Below, one piece after another: positions 1 to 12,065 of a stretch of 64,000 nt of DNA (the stretch's first letter is position 1; every line of letters starts with the position of its first letter). The stretch is taken from assembly GCF_009914755.1 (NCBI RefSeq), contig NC_060928.1. One strand, 5' to 3'. The stretch is from the human T2T-CHM13v2.0 reference genome, Homo sapiens. The notes under the pieces are model-generated. The model ran no database searches and was not told the origin of the DNA. It saw nothing but the letters and a program-made list of their open reading frames with translations. A program made the translations under genes and the position numbers.

Positions 1-1849
1 CAAATAAAGTAATGCTACTCTCTATTTCAAAGGGTTGTTATGATGAATGTGTCAATATTTATAAAACACCAATATATTTCATAAGGAAATGAAATAATTC
101 CCATTTTCAGTAAGCCAATTTGAGTTGGTTTTTTTAACTGTCTGTACTGACTGCTTGAGTTATCTTTCTAACCAGAAGGGCATTTCAACTTGAATTTAAT
201 TCCTCTCTTCATTTGATTCAGCATTTGTATTGATCATTTTCCCAGCATTGTAACATAGGAATGAAATTAGGTGCCATAGATACAAAGACAATTAATATAG
301 AATCTGCTACCTTCTAACTCTCAACACAATACAGGAGATGAATGTACAAATAGAAGATTTTAGAAGGGCCTGGTAAATACCATGACAAACTATGCACAAA
401 GTATTAGGAGTAAGGATGAATATCTCATACAACTCTTATGGGTTAATGAGTGGGTTTCTGAGAGGTGTTACAGAGGTTTTCCTACAAGAAATCGTTACTT
501 ATGTGAGTTTTAAAGGATGGAGAGTTTTCCAAGTAGATGGGACAACACTGAGGAATGGAAAACGCTCCAGTAGGAGACAACCAAGTAATCAAAGGCATGA
601 AGATTGGAAAGTCCATGGAAGTCCTAGAAGCAGCAAGTGACTCAGGTAGATGGAGTTCATCCTGTGGGCAGGGAGAGGAGAGCAAGTGAGGCAGGAGGGG
701 CGATCAGGATTCCACATGGGAGGCCATGTGCCTGTAGGATCCTGCTTCTCTGTCAGTTTGGATGTTACCATAGCTGTGCAGCTTTTACGTGTGTCTCATG
801 GTGCTTCCATGTCCCTTGTGGACAGATTCCTTTATTGACTATCTACCACAGGGAGAGTGGGAAGGCAAGAGTAACCTATAGGTTCAATGTATGTGTAGAA
901 AATGAGGAATGGTGGATATTAAATTCAAAAGACATTTACTAGATGCATACAACACAAAAGGGATTGTGGTGAGTTTTGTAAAAGATAGTGGATAAAGCCA
1001 AAACTTAAACATGAAATTCTTCTTTGATTCTTAACTTGCACACTTCCTTCTGCAACATTGCTAGTCTTCTAATTCTGCAGTAAAGACATACTGATGATTT
1101 CAACAAACTATAATTATTTAACTTTATTGGAAATAACACCAAACACCATCTAATATATAGATGTGAACATCATTCCAAAACTTTTAAAAATTAGCTTTTA
1201 GTATAAGCTTTATATTTGCCTTTTCTTGAGATTGTTGTTTAAACTTTTGTGGAAGGTATTGAGTAATTAAATTACATTATGCTCATATCATGTAATCCAA
1301 GAAATATAGGAATGCCAAAATTACAAAAGAATATGTCAGAAAAAATACAGGAAATAAGCAAACATCTCTATGGAAACATTTTTATCATACTAGATGATTA
1401 TATTGGTCATCATGATGACTCTGGTATTATGGAAGCACAATGTAGGAAGTTGAGATGAGTTATAAACCACAGCAAACATATCACACACAGTGTATGAATA
1501 CATAGTTCAACTAAGACAGTTACAAATCATCCTAAAAAACTTTGATGATCAGAAAAGGTCTTCTGTAATGTTTTAACATTTTGAAATGTATTGATACATT
1601 TTTTATGACTCATCTATGTTCTCTTTGGAAAGACAAATGTGATTTATGCAATTGCTGGGTAAATTGCCAATATATGTCAGTCAAACCAAGTTGGTTGCTT
1701 ATGTTGCTTAACACTTCTATACTGCTACTAAATTTGTGCTGCTTTACATATTAAGTGTTGAAAGAGTTTGTTAGAATCTGTAACTATGATTATATATCTG
1801 TCTATTGCTCTTTTTTGATCTCTTCATTTTGCTTTATGTGTGTGTGTGA

Positions 1850-1980
1850 ATTTTTTTTTTCTTTAGAGACAGGGCCTTGCTCTGTCACCCAGGCTGCAGT
1901 GCGGTGGCATGATCATAGCTCACTGCAGCTTCAGACTCATGGGCTCAGTTGATTCTCCCACCTCAGCCTCACAAATAGTT
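1850..1980 (-). mobile_element. AluJ/monomer fragment
   Basis: Poly(T) followed by GAGACAGGG..CACCCAGGCTG..GATCATAGCTCACTGCAGC; truncated. Confidence 0.8.
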
Positions 1981-1999
1981 TATATAATTTGATAATGTG

Positions 2000-3800
2000 T
2001 TTCTAAGTTCATAAAAGCTTAGGAATGTTTTGTCTCTTGTTTAGTTAACCCCTTTTTATTTTTAACAGTCTTTTTTATCTCCAAGACTATTTCTTTCCTT
2101 AAGGCATAATATATTAATTAGGCCTTCATTAGTATATCAATTTTTAATAAATATAATTTATATGAATAGCATATTAATAGTTAAGTAATAAATATATTAA
2201 TATATCCAGGTCAGGTTTCAATATAGTAATATATCCATGTCAGCCCATTTGTATGTGATATAACACTATTAATTCTTTTAATTTCAAGCAACCTGGTGCC
2301 CAATTTGTTTTTACTTTTATTGTATTTTTATAATTGACACATAATTACTGTGCATATTGATGGGGTACATAGTAATGTTTCTATATATAATGTATAGTGA
2401 AGAGATCAGGGTAATTAGCATATCCGTCATTTCAAATATTTATCATTTATTTGTGTGGGAACATTTGATATCCTTCTAGCTGTTTGAAACTATTACTTTT
2501 AACTATAGGCATCCTACAGTGGTATAAAACACTAGAATTTGTTCCTCCTATCTAGATATAATTTAAAGTGTGTCTCTTTTAAGAAGCATAAACATGTCAT
2601 ATTTATGTAGTCTGATAATCTTTGACTTTTAATTGGAGTGTTTATTCTGCTTAAATTTACTATAATTCTTAATATAGTTGTATCTAAGTCTACTATCTGC
2701 TATTATATTTGTCCTATCTTTTGAAAAATAAACTTTTAAATTTGGAATAATTTTAGACTCACAAAAAATTTGTGTGGGCACAGAGAGTTTCTATATCTGA
2801 CCTTTAGCTCAGTGTCCCGTAATGTTGACATCTTACATACTTGTAGTATATTTGACAAAACTAAGAAATTAACATTGGTACATTGCTGTTAACTAAACTC
2901 TTGTCTTTATTCAGATTTCATCAATTTTCCAATAATGTCCTTTTTTCTATTCCAGGATCCAATTCAACATACCACATTGTATTTAGTCCCCATATCACTT
3001 TTGTCTCCTTTAATCTGTGACAATTTATTGATTTTGTCTTGTTTTTCATGACCTTGACAGGTTGAAGAGTACTTATGAGGAGTTTTGTAAAACGTCCATC
3101 AGTTTTACCACCATAAAAATCAGTTCAGATTTTTATGATGTCCTTGTTGTGATTATACAAAGGTTATGCATTTTCTGGAAGAATATAAATGGAGTGGAAG
3201 TGTCCTTCCATCACATTATATGAGGGGGTGCGTAATATTCACATGCCATAATTGGTGACAGTAACCTTGATCACTTGGTTAAGATTGTCTGCCAAATTTC
3301 TCCACTGTAATTTTTTTTTCCTTTTTCTTAGTCTTTTCTTTGGAAGCCAGTCACTAAGTCTAGCTACACGCACCTGGAGAGGGGAATTAAGCTTCACCTT
3401 CGGGAAGGAGGAGACTATACTCATATTATCAGCAATTCTTCTGTAAAGATGTGTCTCTTCTGCCTTTGATCCATGTGTTGGTTTATTCCTCCATTTCTGT
3501 CTTCTTTTGTATTAGTCGGGTATTTTCTATTACACTATTTTATGTCCTTTTTAGATTAAGTCCAAAATTTTGCATTTTCCTTTTAGTTGTTGCCCTACAA
3601 ATTACAACATTTGTTCTTGCTACAATTTTTTTCTTAATACTTTCTCTAACAATTGAAGAGATATGTTATAGTCTAAACCCACTTATCTCCCAACCTGTCT
3701 TTTGTGCTATTTTTGTCATATATTTTACATTACAGTATCTCAATAGGTCATTTTTTTTTAATATCACAATTCTTTTTAGTTCTAAGGCAGAATCAACTTT
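2000..3800 (-). mobile_element. Nested old L1M fragments
   Basis: L1M 3'-end-like blocks at ~2310-2560 and ~2730-3480, plus ORF2-like T-rich sequence. Confidence 0.6.
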
Positions 3801-4211
3801 TCTACCTTTTGCTCCCAACCTTGTTAAACGGGAAAGAATTGCATAAGTATTTGAGAAACCGTTTACCAAAAGCATCTAGCAGATCTAGCAGACGCCCATG
3901 TTAAAATATCAATAACATTCAAAAATTTGTAAAGAACTAGTTTTGAATAACAAATTGGTCAATGTGAAAAACAGCTAAATGTTATACAAAATTAGAATTA
4001 TCAAAGTGGTTGGGGGGTAGTATGTACTTTCTAAAAGCATCGGATAGTCCGTTTTGAATAAGAGAAATATAAGGGAAGTGACAGCTAGAAGCAGGCACAG
4101 ATTTAGATAGAACCTGCAGCCTAACTGTATAACACCTTGGGTGCCTGGGAAGAACTAAAAGTCAAGAAGAATTTTTTGAAAAACCACATAAGCCTTTTTT
4201 TTCATAAAACT

Positions 4212-4217
4212 TTTATT
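4212..4217 (-). terminator. CXCL3 polyadenylation signal AATAAA
   Basis: TTTATT on the + strand, ~650 nt downstream of the stop codon. Confidence 0.85.
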
Positions 4218-4693
4218 ATCATGTCATTTGTACAAATGTAACAGTAATGATAAATTCTCTTTTCCAAGGGAAAGAGAAACGCTGCAGAATGGACATTAAA
4301 CAAGGCATTATGCCCTACAAGCAAGACATAAAATGTCTAAGGGAAACTTCAGCATAAAAATGTTGAACACATAATGTGAGATAATTTGAATAAATAACAA
4401 CTGACATTCTTTTTTTAAAAAAAAAGTATAAAAAATAGATGTGTACATACATTCCCTTACCCTAACAGTGATCCACTAATTGCTTGCATTTCAATCCCCC
4501 CACCCTCCAGTTCCCCACCCTGTCATTTATCAAGGTGGCTGACACATTATGGTCTCCCACTAAATATTAGTTTAATGACACATTTAAAACCCATCATATT
4601 CCAATTAAATAATCAGGACTGAGCTATGTTTGATGAAACACACTCACATCTTTAAATAACAGCATGTAAAATATTAAAATACAAGCTTTCAAA

Positions 4694-4711
4694 AATAAAT
4701 ACATAAATAAG
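4694..4711 (-). promoter_or_regulatory. AU-rich element core (UUAUUUAUGUAUUUAUU) in the CXCL3 3'UTR
   Basis: AUUUA pentamers at 4696-4700 and 4704-4708; further single AUUUA at 4653, 4606, 4561 and 4391. Typical of unstable GRO chemokine mRNAs. Confidence 0.85.
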
Positions 4712-4867
4712 TAGAACCCTCGTAAGAAATAGTCAAACACATTAAGTCCTTTCCAGCTGTCCCTAGAAAGCTGCTGTTCTCTTTTTCATTTTCAGCTCTG
4801 GTAAGGGCAGGGACCACCCTGCAGGAAGTGTCAATGATACGCTGATAAGCTTCTTACTTCTCTCCTG

Positions 4868-6219
4868 TCAGTTGGTGCTCCCCCTGTGATGAGAAAAGGG
4901 TTACTGTTGCAGGTGCTAAGGAAGGCTGCTCTTCTGTCACTCTGAAGTTGCTTGGAGGGATGTCCCCATGCAGACTCTCTCCCAGCCCTCCACTCAGGGA
5001 AGGTCTGTCTGTACCCACTGCCCTCTATAGCAGAAAACTTGCACTCCTGAATGCTTTTTTTTTTTTTTTTTCAAGAAAGAAGTGGCTGTGGACTCAACTA
5101 GATTCTTGGTTTGAAAAAGCCAAAACATATTGGTCACTGATTGTCACATTGGGTTAGAAATGTCCATTCATGATCTCCCTTAAGCTGCACACAACCCTAT
5201 GAAATAACTACCATTATCTACCCTATTTTGCTAAAGCTCAAAGAGATTAAATAATGTTGACAGGGATCCTAGCCTTGAACTCACTGAAGGTGTTACTGCA
5301 AAGTTTCTGCTCTTCACCAAGAAGGCTTACAGGCCCAAAGTGCCCAAACCAGACATTGCATTTTTCAGGTCTGAAGCCCATTAGGGACTGAGGTAAACGT
5401 CCCAAAACAGGCAGGGGGCATTTTGGCATTGTTAGTCAAATTTACTTAGTATTCTAGAAACCCACATTTACCCTCCCAGGGGTTAGGCCTGGAAATGGAA
5501 GACACTGAAATACTGAAATATCCTCTGGCACCAGAGCAGATTAATAACCTTAATGGCAACTTTAATTGTGAAAATAATAATCACAATTTCTAGTCCTTCA
5601 GCTAACTCTTGGGGTTCCCTGATTTTATTTTTAGGGGGCAGATGCCAGTATTTCTGACCAACGGCTCCAGTCGCCTGTGTATATGGAAATTACAACTCAC
5701 TTGTTCAGTATCTTTTCGATGATTTTCTGAACCATGGGGGATGCGGGGTTGAGACAAGCTTTCTTCCCATTCTTGAGTGTGGCTCTGCAGAGAGAAGGGA
5801 ATTCCGTGAGACAGGAGGTCGGGCTGGGGACAGGGTTGGGGCAGCGGGAGAGTCGGGGACCCCAGCGGTGGCAGCGGAAGCGCGGGGCGGGACTTACATG
5901 ACTTCGGTTTGGGCGCAGTGGGGTCCGGGGGACCTTACATTCACACTTTGGATGTTCTTGAGGTGAATTCCCTGCAGTGTCTGCAAGCACTGGCAGCGCA
6001 GTTCAGTGACCACGGACGCTCCTAGGGAAGAATAGACTCGCTGATTGAGCGGGGCTGTCGGCGCGGGGCGCCCACCCCAGCCGCGTCCGGCCCGGGGACC
6101 CCAGGGCGCCGGGACCCACCTGCTGCGCGCCGGCTGGCGGCCACCAGGAGCAGGAGCAGCAGCGCCACCCGCAGGAGCCGGGGATTGCTGGGGGCGGCGG
6201 AGAGCGTGGCGTGGGCCAT
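4868..6219 (-). CDS. CXCL3: C-X-C motif chemokine 3 (GRO-gamma/MIP-2beta), 107 aa; complement(join(6120..6219,5898..6021,5701..5784,4868..4883))
   Basis: Exons of 100+124+84+16 = 324 nt with GT..AG introns translate to [113 protein letters not shown] motif and four Cys present; ASVVT N-terminus and KGSTN C-terminus distinguish it from CXCL1/CXCL2. Confidence 0.98.
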
Positions 6220-6320
6220 GGGGCTCAGCAGACGCGTCGGGAAGCTGTGCGAGAAGCGGGAGAGCTGGCGGGGAGGTGCCTGCGACCCGGGCTGTGTGGC
6301 TCCCCAAGATCGGCGAACCC

Positions 6321-6328
6321 TTTTTATG
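6321..6328 (-). promoter_or_regulatory. TATA-like box CATAAAAA of CXCL3
   Basis: TTTTTATG on +, ~25-30 nt upstream of the expected TSS (~6297). Confidence 0.8.
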
Positions 6329-6365
6329 CATGGTTGAGACTGGAAAGCCCGGAGCGGCCGGGCCA

Positions 6366-6376
6366 GGGAAATTCCC
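6366..6376 (-). promoter_or_regulatory. NF-kB site GGGAATTTCCC
   Basis: Perfect kB consensus ~40 nt upstream of the TATA-like box, as in GRO promoters; a second kB-like GGGCTTTCC lies at 6342-6350. Confidence 0.92.
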
Positions 6377-6426
6377 GGAGCTCCAGATCGATCCGGAGTC
6401 CCGAAGGAAGGCGACGGCCCCGCCCC
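6377..6426 (-). promoter_or_regulatory. GRO immediate-upstream-region-like GATCGATC element plus Sp1 GC box
   Basis: GGATCGATCTGGAGCTCC abuts the kB site; GGGGCGGGGC at 6417-6426. Confidence 0.7.
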
Positions 6427-8619
6427 CGGGGTGGAGTCGGATACGGGTAGGGGGAGCCCACTGGTGACGCCTACGCCTCGCCCTCCAGAGTAACCCCCGT
6501 GCACTCTGGGACTTTGGGATATTCATTTTCTGCCCCAAATTCCTGGAGAGGCAGTGAGTCCACCTCGCTGAAGATACAGCCTGTGAGGGGGGACCTTAGG
6601 TCCCCGATGACCCCCCGCGTACGGGGTAGGGTTGGAGGAAAGAGCTGGGGGGACCCGTGAGAACCAGGACAGGAAAGGCACGACTTCTTTAGAGGAAGAG
6701 AGCTTTGTCTCCTTAGTTATCAGATTTGCTGGGGACCCGGAGACAGGCGAGTTTTCCCTCAGCTATCCTCTCTCTATATAGTCTATCCTCTATGTTAACC
6801 TCCCGGTCTCTGCCTCTCTCATTTTCGGTTTAGCGTTATTTCATGTACATCTAACATCATGCTCTCTGTGAAAGTACAGCCATCGTCTCGGATTCCAGAG
6901 AAGAATGTTCTACTTGTTCCTTGTTTTGCATATTCTCTAATCACACTTAGAATACCTTGTTTACGTTTTCCATTTGGTGGCAACAGATTATCAGTGTCAA
7001 AATTTGAATTCAGTGTTAGTGTCCGTGGAAGCCAGGGCTGTATAACATGACCTCTTCTTTTGTATCCTGCATAACGTCCTTCCTCCCTCTGAAATGTTGG
7101 AACTTCCTAAATCCCCTGGAGACCTTCTCCCAGTGGGAGGGATTCAGATTTGATCTAGAAATATGACACTGGCTGTCACTCTGAAGCTGTGGAGGGGCTG
7201 GGTCCAGCAGGATCATGGGCTCAATGTTTCTGGTTCTGTCTTTGCGAATGACACTAGAGAGTAGGTACCTGGTGTGCAAACACCATTCCCACTGAAGGAG
7301 CAAACAGCTGCCTGCTGATGACATTTAAACACCAGATCACACATAAAATCACATTTCATTTACTATAGAATTTTCTGGTATTCAGCACTGGGGGATCTTT
7401 CTCTGGAAACATTAACAGGGCACTTTTTTTTCTCGTCTGGATTTTCAGTCTTTTAACCTGACACCTTTGTCCCTTTTTCTAGTTTTAGATAATGTATTTT
7501 GATTTGTCATTAGGTTTTAGAGGGTTTAAGTGTGATTCTACAAGTTGGTCTCAGACCTCTTTGAGACGTGGAGTAGGATGGAGGAGAGGAGAAAGGAATG
7601 GCATCTGCCTGAAGCACAGGGCTCTACACAACCCAGCTCAAGGGATAAGAGTCCTTGCCCCTAACCAAACACAGAGCGTGCAACTGTGCTGCCTGTATTT
7701 AGTTGCAGAGTATCACTTGCAAGTTGTTAAGCCTCTCTGTGCCTAGCCCAAGGTGGTTATGAGAAATGAGTTAACATTTGTAAGAGACAACATGGATTAA
7801 GTGCCTTATTAATGGTTGTTAAATAAATAAAATGGACTATTTCCATTTTTAAAAGGCTATTTCTTTCCCGACATTGCCTGAACAAAAACTCAGCCTGCTA
7901 TGAATTCTGTAAAGGAAAAAAGAAGAATCTAATGGAAAGTTTTACTCCCCAGTGTTTTTCACATTTAAAATTTTCTGTATCCCTTACTGCCACCCAACTC
8001 TCCCTGTCTCTAACTGATATAAAGCAGTGTGAGTCCTTAAGAAATCAAAGCACATCCTAGAAAGAAGAATGTTCATATAAACACCACAATCCCAGTTTCC
8101 AAAATGGTCTTGTAGTTACTGGTGCTCACGGGTATCTGTGATGTCATTACAATAATCTTGGACAAGGGATAGAAAGGTGTGCTAGAATGTCCTGTTACTT
8201 TAAAATAGACACTATAGGTAATATATATGCTCCATTCTTTTTCAATAATTTCCTCTCTCACATCTCCCTGACTACTTAAATTCCTTGAAAGAAAGGATAG
8301 ATACAGAAAAAACATTGACCCAATGGAGGCCAAAATAGTGTCCCAAATGTCTTCTGCAGTTTCAAGCTGTAATAAATGCTGCAAACTTATAAATGAAAAA
8401 TAAAGTTCAATTGGGAATTTATAAAAAACAAAAAAGTTAAATGTTTTTAATTTAGGAAGGCTTTCAGAAAGGAAGACACATCTGTACTTTACCAGGAGAT
8501 GCACATAGATGGGAGGTCATTAAAAATTTGCTTGTTTTTCTTCAGCAAACATAAGGTAAATGATAAGAGCTTACAAGATTCTGGGTAAATGTGGAACATG
8601 CTGCTTTTTTATTTAATAA

Positions 8620-8885
8620 CTTCATGCTATGGGCAAGTTAAACCTCTGCACCAGAGACAAGGGGCAGAGAATTTATTTAATGCTCTTCTAAGCATTTTAC
8701 AAATATTGACTCATTCAATCTTCCAAACAATACTGTGAAGTAGATATTAATTGTTATCTTTATGGGACTTAATGGTTACAAACAAAGGAACTGAGGTACA
8801 GAGAGATTAAGTCACTTGCTTAACTTCATACATCCTTGAGGCTGGAAATCAAACCCAGAGAAAATGGCTCTTAACCATTAAACTA
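8620..8885. mobile_element. MIR
   Basis: GGAACTGAGGTACAGAGAGATTAAGTCACTTGC core. Confidence 0.7.
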
Positions 8886-9109
8886 TGGTAAAAATGCACT
8901 GTGATATATAATTAGTACTTTAAGGGGAGGAAGGATTTTTAAAAATGTATTTGTTCTTGACCTAGTTGAATAGCTTAAATTTACATATTTTAAAATGAAA
9001 ATACATCAAAACGATAATATATCTTTGTAGTTTTGTTTCACTAACAGCATAACTCTCTCCTGTGGCATTGATGTAGCTCATTATCTTTCCTTAAGGTGCC
9101 CAATTCTGA

Positions 9110-9690
9110 AGAATAAAATAGGCACTTTTCCATGGAGAAAGCTGACAAACTACTTCTTTAAAAAAATGGTGAAGATAAACGTCTTCAGTGTGATGTCATA
9201 TGGATATCATGTACCCACTTGATATGATGTCATAAGAATGGCATAAGCAGGATGCCTCTTTGGTACCACTTCCAAAAATTCATCACCCAAATCTAGTTAT
9301 GATAAAAAACATTCTTCAAACTCATACTGAAGACTCCTAAAGCTAATCAGTACTCTTCAAAACTGTCAAGGTCATGAAAACAATAAAAGACTGAAAAACC
9401 ATCACAGTCCAGAGGAAACTGGAGAAGTGACAACTCATTGCAGTGTGGTAGTTTGGATAGGATCCTGGGACAGAAAGATGATATTAATGGAAAAGCTGGT
9501 GAAACACAACTTAGTCTGGAGTTTAGTTAAAAGTAACGTGTCATTGGTGGTTTATTAGCTTTAACAGACGTTCCGTGCTGTTGTAAAATGTTCACTGTCA
9601 GGGAAAAAGGATGAAGGGCACACAGACACTGTATTATCTTTGCAATGTTTGTAAATTGAAAATTGTCCCAATTAAGTTCATTTTTTTCTA
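9110..9690 (+). mobile_element. L1MC/MD-type 3' UTR fragment
   Basis: CTGTCAAGGTCATGAAAA..GGATCCTGG..; reverse-complement homologue of 2730-3480. Confidence 0.65.
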
Positions 9691-11764
9691 AGTTTATTTT
9701 TCTAAATCCATTTAGAATACCACCAAAATGAAATCAGGGCATGTGCATGTTTTACCTGCTAGCTTTCTAGACAGGAAATTGAATTTTGATTTAGTACATA
9801 TTTGCTCAAATATGAAAATTCAAAATATCTGTTGCCGCAGTTTGGGCAGTTCATCATGCTTCATAGTGTTAAATACTTTGCCTTCAGCATTATGTTTTCC
9901 AGATCTCTCATTTAGTTCTTATAACTGAAGAAAATCAGAAAGTGTTTGCTATCATGCTCTCCAGACCCAACACAAGGAGAGTGCCAAGAGAATAATGCAA
10001 ATGAAACATGTCAAGAGGCCGTGGACATTTGCAGGTTATGCAGAACTTGACTCCTGAGGAAAATGTCATCAGAATCACTTGTTTTTGTAAATGAAGTATA
10101 AAGGAGAGGATTCGTTGTTGTTGGTGGTGGTGGTGTTTTTCCCTAACATGCCGCTTGTATCAATGAGATCTTCATAAGCCAAAGCTTATAATGCTGTTGA
10201 CTACAAAAATAAATTGTCTTGTTAGAGCAAGTGTTTCTCCAAGCCTATTTTCTTTTCAACAGTTGAATGCCAGAATTTTATGCAGTCTTTAAACTTATTC
10301 AAGCAAAAATTCTTAAAGAAATGGAAGAATCTTTAAAAATGGAAGCTTTGGTGGCCAAATTCCATTTGCCCTGTAATCATTATGGAACCTTACAAAACTG
10401 GCAGACGGTCAAATCTCGGTGCTCACATCTCCTAGGCCACCTGTTCTCCAGTCACTGCTACAACACTAGCTGCCTGCAGATGTCACCTGGAAACTCCTGG
10501 CCTCAGCTGAATCAGGTATCTTTCACTTTGTGGCCCAGTGTTTCTCTGTTGCTGCCAGGAAACATCCCTTTCACAAGAGGAACTGGGGTCAATGGATAAA
10601 TGTTTCCCTCTTTTGCATGTTTTGGGCAGAAATTCTACACCATTTCTCAGAGGGTCCCCAGTAGAATTGAACTCCAGTTGCCCATGTCCTCTTTTCCTAG
10701 TTTGTTCTTCCCAGCTTTCAAGTCCTCTGCATTGGTAATATGTCCCCAAATAAATTACCTGCATGGCAGGCTCATGACTCAAATTCTGCATTTTGGAGGA
10801 GCCTAAACTTAGGCACTGCTCCATCCTGAGAAATAACCATGCTCAAATAAGGAGGGCAACCCTGCTCTGCCCCAGACTGATTTAGGAACTTCTTCCTCAC
10901 AATTGCTATCCCTATTTCCCTATACTCATCTCTTCCAATGTAATGACTCTGGCTCAGAGCAGAGAAGAATGAAGATGTGTGAACATGACATTAGATTCCT
11001 GAATCAGTCCACCTCCACAGTCCAAGGCCATGGTGCGTGCTGAATTCATGGTCCTCTCTATTTAGCCTCCCGGAGACTGCTTGTCTGGCAGCTTCTCTTT
11101 CTTCCGGTACACTTAAAATTAATCTATGCATATAAGGCACAGTGATAGGTTTAGTAGAAGAGACAAAGTTGGATCAAATCCGACTTCTAACACAAAATTC
11201 TTCATTTAATCTGTCTACTTTCTTTTGTAATGCCAGATCATTTATTTTTCTGTTCCTGGTATAATAATCTCGTGATATGATCAATATGCAAGTACTTAAA
11301 ATCATTCATGTAACACTGAGAATCATTCAATATTTTAGCTTTGGTCGGTTTTCTTGGGTGGGGGGTGGAAGAATGGGCAATTATTTGTATTTAAAAGTGT
11401 TTTTATAAATTGTTTTGCCTCTTCATTTTGTTAAGATTGTTTCCTAAACTTTCTGGAAGTGGGATTCATTAAATAAATAACATCATGATCATATATTATG
11501 AAAACAACAAAACATAGGATTGCCAAAATTGCAAAAGAATAAGGAAATGAGAAAATGTCCCTTGGAAATAATTACATAAGAAGTTTGTTTTGAAGATTAA
11601 AACATCCTTATGACTTTAGTATTCTGGAAACAAAATTTAGGAAGTTAGAAGATGAATGTATAAACCACAAATGAAAATAGCATGCATAGCATAAAAACAC
11701 AGATTTCATCTAAGAAAAGTTTGAGTCATCATAAAAACTTGATCTTAAGTGTCCTAACCATAAC

Positions 11765-12065
11765 TTTTTTTTTTTTTTTTATGCAGAGTCTTGCTCTTGC
11801 TCTGTTGCCCAGGCTGGAGTGCAGTGGTGCAATCTTGGCTCACTGTAAACTCCGCCTCCCAGATTCAAGGGATTCTCCTGCCTCAGCCTCCTGAGTAGCT
11901 GGGATTAGAGGTGCACGCCACCACGCCCAGCTAATTTTTGTATTTTTAGTAGAGACAGGGTTTCACCATGCTGGTCAGGCTGGTCTCGAACTCCTGACCT
12001 CGTGATCCACCCACCCCAGCCTCTCAAAGTGCTGGGATTACAGGCATGAGCCATTGCGCTTGGCC
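11765..12065 (-). mobile_element. AluS
   Basis: Full dimer with a poly(T) head. Confidence 0.92.

Larger units (their letters stand above)
4195..4867 (-). other. CXCL3: CXCL3 3'UTR
   Basis: Follows the TGA at 4868-4870, is AT-rich and ends shortly after AATAAA (4212-4217). The cleavage site is approximate. Confidence 0.85.
5810..6660. promoter_or_regulatory. CpG island over the CXCL3 promoter and exons 1-2
   Basis: Dense CG dinucleotides and high GC against an AT-rich, CpG-poor background; boundaries by eye. Confidence 0.85.

Noticed and set aside
3451-3846. Hydrophobic 131-aa ORF (similar ones at 18886-19293 and 8073-8504)
   Set aside because: T-rich low-complexity or antisense L1 sequence gives spurious Phe/Leu/Ile-rich ORFs; no homology or gene structure.
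5894-6538. Long overlapping ORFs (214, 160, 140 aa) on both strands around CXCL3 exons 1-2
   Set aside because: Stop-poor GC-rich CpG island read through introns; only the spliced CXCL3 frame has homology.
2730-9690. Inverted homology flanking CXCL3 (2730-3480 vs 9110-9690) resembling a transposon-like cassette
   Set aside because: Both are fragments of an abundant old L1M 3'UTR; no TSD or shared termini.
9780-10800. Candidate distal CXCL3 enhancer (AP-1 TGACTCA at 10775, kB-like AGGAGTTTCC at 10489)
   Set aside because: Isolated short motifs are expected by chance; cannot be supported without chromatin data.
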